NCBI GenBank assembly: GCA_965287045.1
Contig: OZ336873.1
Span: 56,358,001 to 56,422,000, forward strand
Length of the DNA stretch: 64,000 nt
DNA from: Carcharhinus amblyrhynchos
Taxonomy: Eukaryota
Reading direction: 5' to 3'
The notes under the pieces were generated by a model. It was given only the letters and a program-made list of their open reading frames with translations, did not search any database and was not told where the DNA came from. Made by a program: the position numbers and the translations under genes. Of the stretch, positions 39,241-49,699 are shown piece after piece. How positions within the stretch are numbered: the stretch's first letter is position 1; every line of letters begins with the position of its first letter.

Positions 39241-39806
39241 GTTCTGTAAACAACTGTTTGCAGATTTTAATCCATACATTTATAATCAACATTTATAATG
39301 CCTTTATTGACATGAGAGATATTTCGGCGATTCATAGTTTTCATAGTCATAGAATAACATGCATGGTAATAAAAGAAATAATCGAACATTAACTAATATT
39401 GATGTAGGCACGCAAAACAATATACGGCAAGTAGATAATGCCAAAGAAAGAGGACTTCATTGCTCCGTTCTGACTGCGTTCCGCAGTCATTTGCATACAC
39501 ATAAAGATGAATTGCGTTCGGGCCGTCGCTGCTAAATACTTCGCCAAGACCTGATGTTTCCTTTCAATGTCGCTTACCTCCGTGTATGTCAACAATACTG
39601 GGAGATTCAGCCCAACTGTTTACGATACATCCGCATACTTTGCAGTGCGCCGCTAAATTATTTCTAAAATGAATACAAACGCGATGTTTAAGAAATCACT
39701 GAGCGAATAACTATCTCCACTGTAAGAATATAACATAATTGATGCGGCATACAAATGCCATTGTGTTCCTTTACATTAAGATTTACCTTCTATTTCCCTA
39801 TTAAAG

Positions 39807-40103
39807 TTCCCCCAGCCCCCCTGAAACTCGTTCAGGTTGAAGGGTTTTCAGCGACTTCTCTGAGGTTCGAGTGTAAAACGGCTGCCTTTTATCCAGAGGA
39901 TTTAAAAATCTCTTGGCTCCGAGATGGTGTGGAAATTCTGGCCGGAATACAAACTGTGAGAACCAAGACAGAGGATGGTCTTTTTGAGGTCACCAGTTCT
40001 TTGGAACAAGCACAACCTGTCCCGAACCGAATAGTTTATACATGCCTGGCATCTCACATTTCCCTTAAGGTGCCCGCCAGTGTCAGCTATATCGCCATTC
40101 AAG
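39807..40103 (+). CDS. Gene B Ig C1-set exon
   Basis: ttaaag| acceptor, G|gtaag donor, 297 nt. VPPAPL...CKTAAFYPEDLKISWLRDG...DGLFEVTSSL...YTCLASH. Confidence 0.93.
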
Positions 40104-41294
40104 GTAAGATTGGGCACATTGCAGCAGCGAGTGATGCGTTCGAACTATAGTTATTTATTAAACATTTAGCAGGGCAGCTGTTCAAACACAAAGTTGTAGG
40201 GTGAGTGTGGACATTCTTTAATGCCAATGCCATATCAATGGAAATGAATTAAAATATCTAAGATGGTTTGTAACTGCAGGAGAGGGAATGTTTCCCTAAA
40301 AAGGTCTGAAACGGGAGGCCGATGTGGGAGCTGCTCAAAACTGAAAGCTTACTTGTTATCAAATTCTTGCCAAATGAAATGAACCTACACATGAAATGGA
40401 TCAGTTTAGTCAATCTCCCTTTAATTGGGCAATTCCTGCGTGGAACTTTAGTCAACGATATCGTTCAAGGACATTTCCTCCATGATCCAGATCCTTTTGA
40501 CCATCATGAAACTATTTCTCTTTGATCCAAAGGCTTAACTTCGGGGGGAAAAATGCTCTTCCTGTATTTACATCATTCGTTGAATTACTCTCCTCATATT
40601 TCCACTCAAAATGCGAAGGCATTAAAAATGCTTCCAAAACTCCTCTGGTTGCAATTTTGGTTGCGCACCCTTTACTCCAATAAACAAGACTCTATTACAG
40701 TTATTAGCACTGTGGGTGTAAACTTTAAAAATGAGGAAACTACGGTGCAAATACAGAGAGTTTGGCGCTTGATCGGTGTTCTGGTGAGAGTGCATCTGCC
40801 ATGAGAGAAACGAGCCAAGGTACCAAACTGAATATCAGAATCCGAAAGCATAACTTTCGTACTAATGAAGTTAGCCATGCGGGAAGATCACAACCTGATC
40901 GTCAGCGAGTTAAATTGTGATCGCTGAGGGCAGTGTTGTGTGGTCGAGTAGTACTGTCCCACGTTATTATTATAGGGTCCAGAGGGGCATTTCTGTTTTT
41001 TCCTACAGAGCCAAAAATATTTTTAAGCCATTTGTTTGGCGCCGGCACCAAGCACCAGGCTGTCTTGGAAGATGGAGTGCATTATGTTAAAATGTTCACA
41101 TGGCGCTCAATTTGCGGAGCGTCCTTTGGGGGTATTTTCTGTTCGATTGACTTTGGAAATTTAATATCGGTCACAAAGTTTGGAGCAGCAATTTTATGGA
41201 CCTCTTTCATGTCTAGAAGCCAGTACTACTTGGTTTCATTCAATAATTCGTATGTACAGAAAATTTATGTGCATATTTTAATCTTGCATTGTAG

Positions 41295-41398
41295 ATAACA
41301 GTTTCCGGAACGTGATGATTTCACGACATGTTCTGAGTTTTTTGATAATTCTTGGATTGCTGGCTATAATTGTGGACCATGTTATATATTTCAATTGA
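41295..41398 (+). CDS. Gene B TM/terminal coding exon (DNSFRNVMISRHVLSFLIILGLLAIIVDHVIYFN*)
   Basis: ttgcattgtag| acceptor in phase 1 with the C1 exon. Hydrophobic core preceded by Arg. TGA at 41396-41398, then ag|gtaagg donor at 41401. Not in the ORF track. Confidence 0.8.
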
Positions 41399-41599
41399 AG
41401 GTAAGGGGACACTGTTTTAATTCAGCAAACCACGTTCAAAGTATATACACGCAGTTAACACTGGTGGGCTGGAAATGGGAAATGTGCTTTTGTCCGTCGT
41501 TTCTCCGGTAATTTAAGAGTCACGGGTAGTGATATTAAATATTCCTATTAAGTAACTCACAATATAGAAGGCCACCACTTTTACCACGACGATGCTCAT

Positions 41600-41705
41600 A
41601 TTTAGTGCTGCTAAAAAGTCGCAGAGATGAAATGTTAAATCTGTTTCCCTCCCAAGCCGCGCCGCCTGATCTGCCAAGTTTTTGCCGCGTTTTCTGGTTT
41701 TGTTT
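41600..41705 (+). mobile_element. Degenerate hammerhead-family short repeat
   Basis: gaaatgttaaatctgtttccctc...gtttttgccgcgtttctggttttg matches the tail of 650-755; the core is decayed. Confidence 0.45.
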
Positions 41706-42515
41706 AATATTATATTAGTTTTCGTATTAAATTGAGTTTCACGCATGATATGCCAAGTGATAAACACCGAACGTCAGTTTTGAGCGTTGGTTTAGTTTTA
41801 TCTCCTTTCGTGAAAAAGATTTTGGTTTAACCTTCTCACTTGAGATAGTTGAGCACAAAACTCCAGCTATCATTGCAGCGCCTCACTGCTGGAGGTTTGG
41901 TCTTTTTTCAATGACTGAAACCGAGACCCTCTACTCTTTATTGTGACCGTAAAAGCCTAATTGGTCAATTCATAACTGAGCATCATGGAGCTCGCTTGTG
42001 ACCTGATCAGAAATTAGTTTTCAATCTGCCTCGCTGAAATCGATTCATTTTTCATTTATTTCAATAATCTACGTGATTAAGAACGTCCCTTGTTTTTATT
42101 TTAAGTACACGTTGCACATCCAGCTACTGTGAAAGACTGCATATCAGTATTGATCCGTTCTTCTGTTTTTCAAAGTTTTTATGTACGGTTAGAAAATTCA
42201 TCATGCAAACGCCACTTTCTGGGCTCTGTTTTCCATTTTGCGTTAAACTCTGCTAAAATTATGAGGTTAGGAATCTGGCAGAAGTATTTAATTTCGGAAA
42301 TATGCTTCTCATGATGAAATTTTCAGTACTTTTACATCATTTTATCTATTTTGCTTCCCTTCTCAAGGCACTGGATCTAGGTGCCATGCCCACAATATTC
42401 TCACGCCACTAGGTCATTTGGTATTACACTTAAGGCGTGAGCATCACGTTGTTGAACTCAGAGTCGTCATTTTTAGATTAGCAGTTTAAATCGAGGCCCT
42501 GGGATAAGTATCTGG

Positions 42516-42738
42516 TAAGAAGTATCACAACGCCAGGTTGAAGAACAGTAGGTTTATTTGGTACGAAACGCCACTAGCTTTCGGAGCGCTGCCCCTTCAT
42601 CAGGTGACTCACCTACTCACTCGCCTGACGAAGGCGCAGCGCTCCAAAAGCTTGTGGCGATTCCTACCAAATAAGCCTGTTGGACTTTAATCTGGTGTTG
42701 TGAGAATTCTTACTGTGTTTTCCCGACATCTCCACATC
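42516..42738 (+). mobile_element. Palindromic Penelope-type non-autonomous element with 12-bp TSD and two divergent hammerhead cores
   Basis: ATAAGTATCTGG at 42504-42515 and 42739-42750; ~95-bp imperfect inverted arms centred at ~42614. Confidence 0.85.
42571..42607 (-). ncRNA. Minimal type I hammerhead ribozyme (intact core)
   Basis: Minus strand reads UCAC-CUGAUGA-A-GGGGC-AGC-GCUCC-GAAA-GC-UA-GUGG: stem I UCAC/GUGG, 5-bp stem II, palindromic AGCU mini stem III. Confidence 0.7.
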
Positions 42739-43194
42739 ATAAGTATCTGGAGCAGAATGTATTGCTAATTTTCGCTAACTATCCCTGAATACATACACAG
42801 CTTCATCTTTTCAACTGTTGCAGAGCAGTGCATATAGTACACGACATAGAGGAAATGTAACCTCCCATCTTCTGATGAGTATGTCTGGGTGTGACACGTA
42901 TTCATTCAGTGCTAAATGGAATTTTTTTTAACATGTGCAAGAGATCACGGGATACCAAGAGACGGCTTGAAATTTTCAATTCAAATATGTAACAAAAGCC
43001 TTTTTTTTTTAATTTGAATGTCGTTCTAAATTGAATGAGTGGAAATCCGTCAATTCCGGATAGGTAATGATGAGGTAACGTTTGCCCTTTATATAAAAGG
43101 GATGTAACACATGATTACTCACACGCACAATAATCAAAGTTTTCACCAAATGAAACTGAAAACACAAATTCAACTTTGGCAAGCTGATATTCTG

Positions 43195-44900
43195 AAATCC
43201 CATTTTCCAGCTTTTGGTCCACAGACTTGTATGCTATGGCATTTCAAATGATTGTCTAAATAATTCTTAAATGTTGTGCGGATTGCCGCTCTTTACCACC
43301 CTTCAGACAGTGAATTCCACATGCCCATTACATTGGGTGAAATGAATTCCTCTATCATCCCCTGGAAACCTCTTACCCCATAACTTCAATCTGTGCCCTC
43401 TCATTATTGACCCCACTCCTAAGAGGAAATGTTCCTTCCGAGACACCATACTTATGCCCCTCATAATTTATCTCAATCAGGTCCCCCACCCCCATAGCCT
43501 TCGGTGATCCACGGAGGCCAACCCCAGCCCTATTCAGTCTCTCTTGCTAGCTGAAATGCACGAGCCCCAGCTGAATCTCGTCTGCACCTTCATCAGCACA
43601 ATCAATTCTTCCCTATCGTATGGCGACCAAAACTGCATACACTATTCTAGCTATTGCCTAACTAGCGTTCATACAGTTCCATAATAAATAGCCTGCTCTA
43701 ATATTAAATGCCTCTGGTGATAGACAAATGTCCCATATGTTTTCTTAACGGCTTATCTACCTGTCCTGCCGTCATCAGAAATCTATGAAGAGGCGCACCA
43801 AATCCCTCTGATTCTTCGCACTCCCTAGAATCTGAACATTGATTGTACATTCCTTTGCCTTTTAGTGCTCCAAAGTATATTACTTCACACCTTTTGAGGT
43901 TGAATTTCATTTGCCATTGTTCTGCCTATAGAACCAACCCGCCAATATTGTCCTGTTCTAAGGCTTTGCTCCTCGCAGTTTACCACAACACCAATTTTTG
44001 TGTCCTCTGCTAACCTAATTATCAAACTACCTATATCCACGTCCAGAATATTATTGTATACTACAAACAACAAATGGCCCAGTACCAATCCTGTGGAAGA
44101 TGACTGGACGCCGGCTTCCAGTCACAAAAAACAATCTACGGACATCATTCTCTCCCTCCTGCCGGTCAACCAGTTTGTTAAATTGTCCTGGATCTCATGG
44201 CAATCCCATCTTTATCAGTCTCCCATATGGGACCTTGTCAAAAGCTTTACTGACTTCTATGTAGAATACATCAAGTGTACTACCCTCACCGAAACTCCAA
44301 ATCACCTCCTCGAAAAAGTCAATCACATTTGTAAGGGATGATCTCTCTTTGACAACACTGTGCTGATTATCCTTGATTAATTCTTGCGTCCCCAAGTGCA
44401 GATTAATTACGTCCCACAGAACTTTTTCCGATAGTTTCCTGTCACAGACGTTAGTCTCACTGGCTTGTAACTTCCTGTTTTTTTTTCCTACTTTCCTTTT
44501 TGAATAACGGTGCCACATCAGCTATCATCCAGTCCTCTGGCACCTCAGCTATTGGACTTTAAACTGGTGTTGTGAGTCTTCTTACTGTGCTTACGCCGTC
44601 ATCGCCACATAATGGCTCTGCTGTGACCGGAGAAGGTTTGAAAATTATCGTCAGAACTGCTGCAATCTATTCCTTTGCCTAACACAGCAGCGGAGGATGC
44701 GTCTCATCTGGGCCTTGTCATTTATCAACGTAAGGCCTGTTTAAGCTTCCTCTCTCTTAATGGTTATCAACATCAGGCCCGTTAAAACCTCCTCTCTCTT
44801 AATGTTTGTCAACATAAGGCCCGTTAAAATCTCCTGGCTCTTAACATTTATCAACGTAAGGCCCGTTAAAACTTCTTCTCGCTTAATGCTAAGTTCTAAG
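43195..44900 (-). mobile_element. Decayed CR1 LINE
   Basis: SSLTNVIDFFEE...SKAFDKVPYG and RLAEDTKIG. Contains a Penelope-type tail fragment at ~44552-44612. Confidence 0.8.
44721..44888. repeat. Minisatellite, 42-bp unit x4, derived from CR1 ORF2
   Basis: Units start at 44721, 44763, 44805 and 44847; minus strand reads IKREEVLTGLxLIx repeatedly. Confidence 0.9.
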
Positions 44901-47080
44901 GTTGGAAATGGTGGCATATTCATTTAAATTAAATTTGCCTAGGTCTTGATTGTGAATATAAAATTGAAACTGTAATTAAAAGATAGTGCATCGTTCAGAA
45001 AACAAATTTCAATTTTCTTTTTGATAGGTTAAGATCGATTGATAATCTCCGCCTCTGTTTATATCTGCACGAAAGCAATACCTTAGACAATGTTAAAGAA
45101 GAACAGATATAGGCAAAGGAAGAAACACTGGAAGCAAGGAACAAGGCAAAGGAGCCACAATCGAGAGGATCAGGAGCACGTCCAGCATTAGCTCACAACC
45201 ATTTTCAGTTGTGTTTAGATACACTTTTTTTCCTACAACATTAAAATATAAAAATATAGTTGTTAGTTGGTGCCCGTGCATAAAATGAGTTACTGCATTC
45301 CTTGTATGTGCAGTAACAGGAATGGAGAGTTGTACGTGGATCAATTCTCATGTTGAAATTTTAGCAGGGCTGGCACCTATATTGATGTATGAGTCTCCTC
45401 AATTGAAAGTATTTTAAAATTAAATATAACTCTTGATTTTTATACGTGTCACATTATTTTAAGAAAGTAAACATTTCATATGTCTTGTTATCGTCGACTT
45501 TGGAAATGACCGAGCGAGCCTTCCCTGTTCATAGAATTTAAACCTGAGTTGTATTCTTCAACACCAATCCGTGCTGGTCTGTAAATATTCCATGAACGAA
45601 ATTTTAAAACAAAAACGAAGAAACGATGCATAGTCCACTTTCTTCACTTCCGGAGAAAATCTTAAACCAGAACTCTGCTTCCCTCTCCTGGGCATCAGTC
45701 GACTGCAAAACATCTCTGAGAACAAGGAGGTCTTCCAGTCAGCGAGTCCTCAACACTCGGCTCTTAAATTCGAGTATACCTTTGAGAAATATCCCAACAT
45801 TATTTTGTGTTTAGGTTCTAAAACAGCATCTGTTTACCAAGTTAAAACTAATAACTTTTACATTAATTGTTGGTTTTGTGAAATGCTATAGGATGACTGC
45901 GTAGGCCTTATGGCGCCACGTCATTGGAAACTCGCTACTTTCCTTTACAATTGTAAGTCTATAGTCGGGGAAACGTTCACATTGTAAAGTGAATGTATTC
46001 AGTTCCCATATTTGTACAAACAAATGCCTGAATTTGAATTGAGAATGTTTAGATATCCATTAAGGTTAAATATTAAATATTTCAATTAATCTTAAAAGCA
46101 TGTAATCGTTGAGAATATGAGACGCAAATCAATGAGTGAGACATAAGTTAATATAAATATAACTCAAGCAGGGAGGGATCTAATCAGCTCGCAAAGCGAT
46201 ACCGTCTAGTCAAACGAGTTGTTTCCCGCACTCAAACTGGATTAGTTTGAGATGACCCCTGTCGTTAATGCGAAGTGTGTCCGAAATAAAATAACTGCAA
46301 TTCGGACCAGAAAAGTAAATAACATACGCAACGGTCGTTTTTCTTCAACGTGATTATCTCTAATGTGGAACCTTGCAAATATTTCACCCTCACATGATAC
46401 ATGCAGGTGGAAATCATTGCCGAGCGAACAAGAGTGGACGCTCTAACAAATGAACACATTTGGTTCACCAGTGTATTTTAAGATAGGCAGACAGCCATCC
46501 TGGTATGGTCTGGGCTATATGTGACATTTAACGCACAGCAATGTTCTCATTCTCAACTGCTTTCCGAAATGCCTAGCAAGCTACTTAGTTGTATCAAAAA
46601 GTTACAGCGAAGATGAAAAATATTAGAAACGGTGAGCGCTGCCGAATGGAATTTGCAAAGTCCTGCTGACCAATATTTATATATTATAAACAAAATTGGC
46701 AGAACTGAGAGAGCCTGACTTAATCAAACTCATCTAGCAAGCAATTTCCGAGTGTACACACTGTCCCACTAGCAGGACAGACTCATCAGACGTGGCATCC
46801 TTGTAGTTTACAGTTAGCAGAGTACGACCATAGGCGTCCTCAGCATTGGCACTCTGCTGCTTGAAGTTCAACGATACCTGATCAATTGCAGCCAAGGAAA
46901 ACCTCTACCTGATCATAGTATGCTGACACCCCTCAGGTGAAGAACCAGAGTTCTTTACTGTTGAACACTACTTGAAAGGACACTAAAAATAGAGGAAACA
47001 GAATATATTCTGCATAGAAGATTTCAATGTGTTTCACCGAGAATGGCTCGATAAATCCCTACTTTTTGGATATTAGTTTT

Positions 47081-47390
47081 CATAGAATCCTGCAGTGCAG
47101 AAGAAGGTCATTGAGTCTGCACCGACCAAAATCCCACCCAACTCTATCCCCATAACCCCATGCATTTACACTCGCTTGTCCCCCTGACACTAAGCGGCAA
47201 TTTAGCCTGGCAATCCACCTAACCCGCATCTCTTTGGACTGTGGGAGAAAACGGGCGAACCCGGGGGAAACCTACGCAAACACGGGGAGCATTTACAAGC
47301 TCCACACAGACTGTGTCCCAAGTCAGTAACCGAACCCGGGTCCCAATCTCTGTGAGGCAGCAGTGCTAACTACTGTGCCACCATGCTGCA
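47081..47390 (-). mobile_element. HE1-like V-SINE, full length
   Basis: Minus strand gcatggtggcacagtagttagcactgctgcctcac (A box)...cccgggttcg (B box)...tgtgtggag V-domain...CR1-type tail. Confidence 0.85.
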
Positions 47391-48459
47391 TAAGTCCCCA
47401 CCCCTTGGCAGGTGAAGCCCTCGTGAATATTCATACTTGGGGCCCAATTCTATAATTTAAGCCACAACGTTATTTTGACCCTGAGCCATGTGACATGCTT
47501 ATAGTGCTAACCCTGCCTAGGGAGTCTGCTGAAACAGAGGTCCAGGACCTTAGAAGAGCCCAGGAGAGTACAAATATTTCATAAAATGAATGTTTTCTTG
47601 TGGGCCTGGAGGAATTGATTTGCTCCTCCGGCCCTCATAAGAATTCCCAGGGTGCCTGCTCACGAGGATTTTCTTTCCCTTCATGTGATTGTCACCCGCT
47701 CAGGTCTCTGTCATCATTTACCAAATTTCCGTGCGTCGCTGGTGACGATCTGTGACCTCATAATTCCCCGCTTCCCAATATTGGTTGTTTCTGTAAATTG
47801 TATGTTTGATGTCTTCATGATTCACCTTCTAATGGTCTTACTCAATTGCAAGTCACATGCTTGATTTTTCCTTCTAAATCCATCACTAAACCCCAATGCG
47901 TACTCTTTCACTGAAATTGAAATGTAGACATCCCAGAACGATTGAATTTAAGCTGGTGCAATGAGACTATAAAATATTCAGTTGTTTCAGTTGTAATTTT
48001 CTCTGTCAATGAAGGTGAGCAGAGCCCAGCCTCAGAGGCTTATGACATAATTTTGCGTGTCTTAGCATTGCTGTACACTGGGTGCCTGAGCACCATCTTA
48101 TTGTTATAAACTACGCTTGAAGCTGGCTCACTATCCATTGCACATCTCACTTCATAAGTGCAAATTGGAAGCGCCTTTGGTATTGGCAGATTGTGCAATG
48201 TTGTGTTTAAGGTGCTGACCGAAGTGCCAATGTAAACAGATTCCATATTGTCTTCAGATTGATGATTGTAGCATTTCAAAAATCGCTTCAAATGCTGAAT
48301 ACCCATTGATGGGAGGGGAAGTCTTCATATTGGCCCAGACGTGCACGGCAGCCGCCCAGGCCGAGTTGTGCTTGCGTTTGGTGAACTTGGCCCGTAACAA
48401 GATCTGCTCGCACATTCACTGTGGCCCCACAAATTGGAAGAAACTTGCCCCATGAATCA

Positions 48460-48868
48460 GACGGGGCTCGATGGCACAGTGGTTCTGCATCACAGCGCCA
48501 GGGATCTGGGTTCAATTCCAAGGATGGATATCTCAGGACTAGAGGGCACAGCCTCAAGGTAAGGGGGGTGGAGGGGGGTGGGGGCGGGAGCAGTTTAGAT
48601 CAGAGTTGAGGAGGAACTTCTTCACTCAAACGATGGTGAATCTCTGGAATTCTCTGCCCGTTGAAGTGGTGGAGGTTCCTTCGCTAAATATATTTAAGTC
48701 ACGAGTAGATAGGTTTTTGATAGACAAGGGAATTAAGGGTTATGGGGAGAAAGTGGGAAAGTGGAACTGATCCACTTCAGATCAGCCGTGATCTTATTGA
48801 ATGGCGGGGCAGGCTTGAAGGGCTAGATGGCCTACACCTGCTCCTATTTCTTATGTTCTTATGTTCTG
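48460..48868 (+). mobile_element. HE1 head (48460-48523) joined to a CR1 3' end
   Basis: tggcacagtggtt...cacagcgccagggatctgggttcaattcc, then RTRGHSLKV...ttcttatgttcttatgttct. Confidence 0.75.
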
Positions 48869-48869
48869 A

Positions 48870-49690
48870 TGTAATTTCTTTAATATTGACTTCTGATATT
48901 TTCCCTATGACAGTTGTCTGGTCGGTAATTTCTCACTTTCTGTTTGTTTCCCTTTTTAATTTATGGAACTACATTTGCTACCTTTAAATCTCAAGCGACC
49001 TTCCCCAAAATCAGGGAGTTTTGGAAAATTAAATCCAATGCATCAACTTTCTTGCTACACATTAAGCACCAGAATGAACTCCATTAAGGTCTCTACTCAT
49101 GTCAGCCCGCAGCTCCAACGTGTTTGCTCGGAATGGATTATCTGGTGGCTGAAAATATTTTCAATTCCTCCCTTCCGTCCATTTCCTAGTTTAAAACTGA
49201 TGTTGGTTTGTTACTTCGATTCTCCATGGTGAGGATTATTCAATTCATCTTCCATGTACTAATTTTCCATTATCAATTCCAGAGGCTCACTTTCTATGGT
49301 AACACTTCTCACTTTGTTAACACTTCACTTCTTTCAATATTTACGAAAGCTCATTCCATTTGTTTGTATATTTTGGCTAATTTGTATTAGGTTCCAGCTT
49401 CTTAATTTTTAAGCCATTCCTTACTGTTCTTGATGTTTCTACGAATCTTCTAATCTGCCACCTGTCTTTGCACAATTATAAGCTTTCACTTAAAGTTTGA
49501 CACTATCTTTAAACTTTCGAGTTAATCATGGATGGTGGGCTCATCCCTTGGATTTTTCACACTCATGGGAATATACCTGTTCTGTGTATTCTGAAATATT
49601 ACTTAAATAATTGCCACTTCATCTTTGATGACCTATCACTTGATCTATTTTGCCAATCCGCTTTAGCCAGCTCAGCTTCCATGCCCTCAC
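48870..49690 (-). mobile_element. Old CR1 relic, continuing at ~52500-53030 after nested insertions
   Basis: Decayed tether/endonuclease-region sequence on the minus strand. Confidence 0.5.
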
Positions 49691-49699
49691 AGCAATCCC

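Noticed and set aside
42872-42910. CTGATGA plus hairpin as another hammerhead
   Set aside because: No GAAA or UH after the stem; only a short imperfect hairpin.
45093-45232. Hydrophobic minus-strand ORF end (MLDVLLILSIVAPLPCSLL...) as a leader, TM or GPI exon of a third gene
   Set aside because: No associated Ig exons were found; it is explained by the complement of a purine-rich tract.
47330-47390. tRNA gene
   Set aside because: The A/B boxes belong to a SINE head; no complete cloverleaf.
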